A stretch of DNA of 64,000 bases, from positions 310,001-374,000 of the forward strand of contig NW_005202113.1 of assembly GCF_000372725.1 (NCBI RefSeq), in the 5' to 3' direction. A program made the translations under genes and the position numbers. Shown piece by piece: positions 62,203 to 64,000 of the stretch; positions within the stretch are counted from its first letter, which is position 1; each line of letters opens with the position of its first letter. The notes under the pieces were generated by a model. The model was not told the DNA's origin, made no database searches, and saw only the letters and a list, made by a program, of their open reading frames with translations. This DNA is from Emiliania huxleyi CCMP1516. Its lineage: Eukaryota.

Positions 62203-63402
62203 ATGCTGCAAAAGGTGCTGCTGATGGGCAAATCGGGCGCGGGCAAAACGTCGATGCGCTCCATCATCTTTGCCAACTACCTCGCGCGCGACACCATGCG
62301 GCTCGGCGCGACGATTGACGTGGAGCACTCGCACGTGCGGTTCCTCGGCAACCTCGTGCTCAACCTGTGGGACTGCGGCGGGCAGGAGGCCTTCATGGAG
62401 AACTACTTCGAGTCGCAGCGCGACCACATCTTCCGCAACGTGCAGGTGCTCATCTACGTCTTTGACATCGAGTCGCGCGAGCTCACAAAGGACATCGAGT
62501 ACTACGGCTCGTGCCTCGCCGCGATGCGCCAGAACTCAAAGTCGGCAAAGATCTTTTGCCTGGTGCACAAGATGGACCTTGTGCCGGACGAGCAGCGCGA
62601 GCAGGTCTTCCGCCAGCGCGAGCGCGAGCTGCAGGCCGTCGCCTCGCGGCTGGAGCTCGAGATCTCCTGCTTCAAGACGTCGATCTGGGACGAGACGCTG
62701 TACCGCGCGTGGTCGCAGATGGTGCACGCGCTCATCCCGAACCGCGACTCGCTGCAGACCCACCTCGACAAGCTGTGCGCGGTCTGCCAGGCGGACGAGG
62801 TGGTTCTCTTTGAGCGCGCGCCCTTCCCGCACCGCGTCCTCCTCCCGAGGAGAGAGCCCCTCCCTGAGCCGTCTCGGAGCCCGCCCGTAGACGCGCCACC
62901 TTCCTCGTGATCTGCGACGCGGTGCGCGCGGCGCACGAGGACGTGCACCGCCACGAAAAGATCTCAAACATCATCAAGCAGTTCAAGCTCTCGTGCTCTA
63001 AGACGCAGGCGCAGTTTGCAACCATGCAGGCGGGAACCTCCACGCCCGCCCGCCCGCCCGCCCGCCCGCCCGCCCGCCCCTCCGCCCCTCCGCTTCCCGC
63101 CCTCCGCTCCCCGCTCCCCTGCGCCCTCCGGAGGCACGCGCCACGCCGCCCGACAGGTTCGAAACGCGCGCTACTCGGCCTTCATCGAGGGGTTCACCTC
63201 GACAACCTACGCGATGGTCATCGTCTCCGACGCGCGCGCTCTCGCCCATCCCCCGGTGGCAGGCCCCGGCACGAGTGGCGCAAGACTCGCCTCTCCCCCG
63301 CCCCTCGCGCCGCAGGCGAGCATACAGCCCGCCACCACCCTCATAAACATCGAGGCGAGCCGCGCGCACTTTGAGTCGCTCATCGCGCAGCTCAAGCTGT
63401 AG
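62203..63402 (+). CDS. RRAGA: Rag A/B (Gtr1) small GTPase, with three GC-AG introns (62814-62890, 63030-63156, 63232-63315)
   Basis: [76 protein letters not shown]. Confidence 0.95.
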
Positions 63403-64000
63403 AGCTCTTCCCTGCGTCATGTTATACGGTGCGCCCCGGTAATCTCGAGGTTGAGCCTGGGGCACACCTCTCCGGAGGGAGACTTCGAGCCGGAGCATCT
63501 CCCCCCGCGGTACGATGTCGTGTATCATCTCTCGGCCTCTCTCTCTCACCCCCGCGCGGGCGTGGTCGGTGTCTCGCTCTTGCGCGGGGCCAGCGCAGTC
63601 GGTCTCGCGTATTGTGCAATGCGTCATGAAAAGGCATGTGTGTAATGGGTGACTCGTGGTAAATATCCGAACACACAAGCGACGTCCCCGGGGGATGGAG
63701 AGAGGACGCGCGGCGCGGCCACAAGGCCGAAGGCGCGTGCGGTCGACACACAAACGACGACGGCGCCGCGAATATACAAGCCGTCCCGCCTTCACGCTGG
63801 GGCGGGGCTCGGCGCGGAACTGGCCGCGCCGTTCCCTCGTCGCGCCGAGCCGGGCGGTGCGTCTGACGCGGAGCTAGGCGCGGAGCCACTCATCCGCTTG
63901 GACGTGCCGGGCCGCTGCGGCAGGGAAGACATCTGCGTGCCGCTGACGGGTCGCGGGCGCACGGAGGCCTGCTTGCGGCGGGCGGCGCGCTTCTGCATCG

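Overview
GC-rich eukaryotic genomic DNA with short C-rich introns, many with GC-AG ends. This and the bipartite-type N-terminal presequences suggest a haptophyte such as Emiliania/Gephyrocapsa huxleyi (inference, no database check). There are four 100-N gaps (30340-30439, 45520-45619, 52425-52524, 59345-59444). Host genes: CRAL-TRIO protein, CDK-like kinase, a GH5/GT77/GT11 glycan trio, selenoprotein O (in-frame UGA plus a clear 3'UTR SECIS), ABCG half-transporter, BKACE/DUF849 enzyme, sulfotransferase, GPC1-type acyltransferase, HEAGH metalloprotease, CPBP protease, a DHHC fragment and RagA/Gtr1. Several non-autonomous TIR transposons lie between them, three with exact TSDs. The most striking content is two divergent PIF1-helicase elements: a Helitron-type Rep-helicase bracketed by ~440-bp direct repeats (41.2-49.6 kb), and a helicase plus SET-domain gene between ~320-bp inverted repeats (24.4-30.8 kb). 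Both helicases end in the same C-terminal domain, which looks like a circularly permuted papain-fold cysteine protease (motif order D..QxGxxCG..N..HW).
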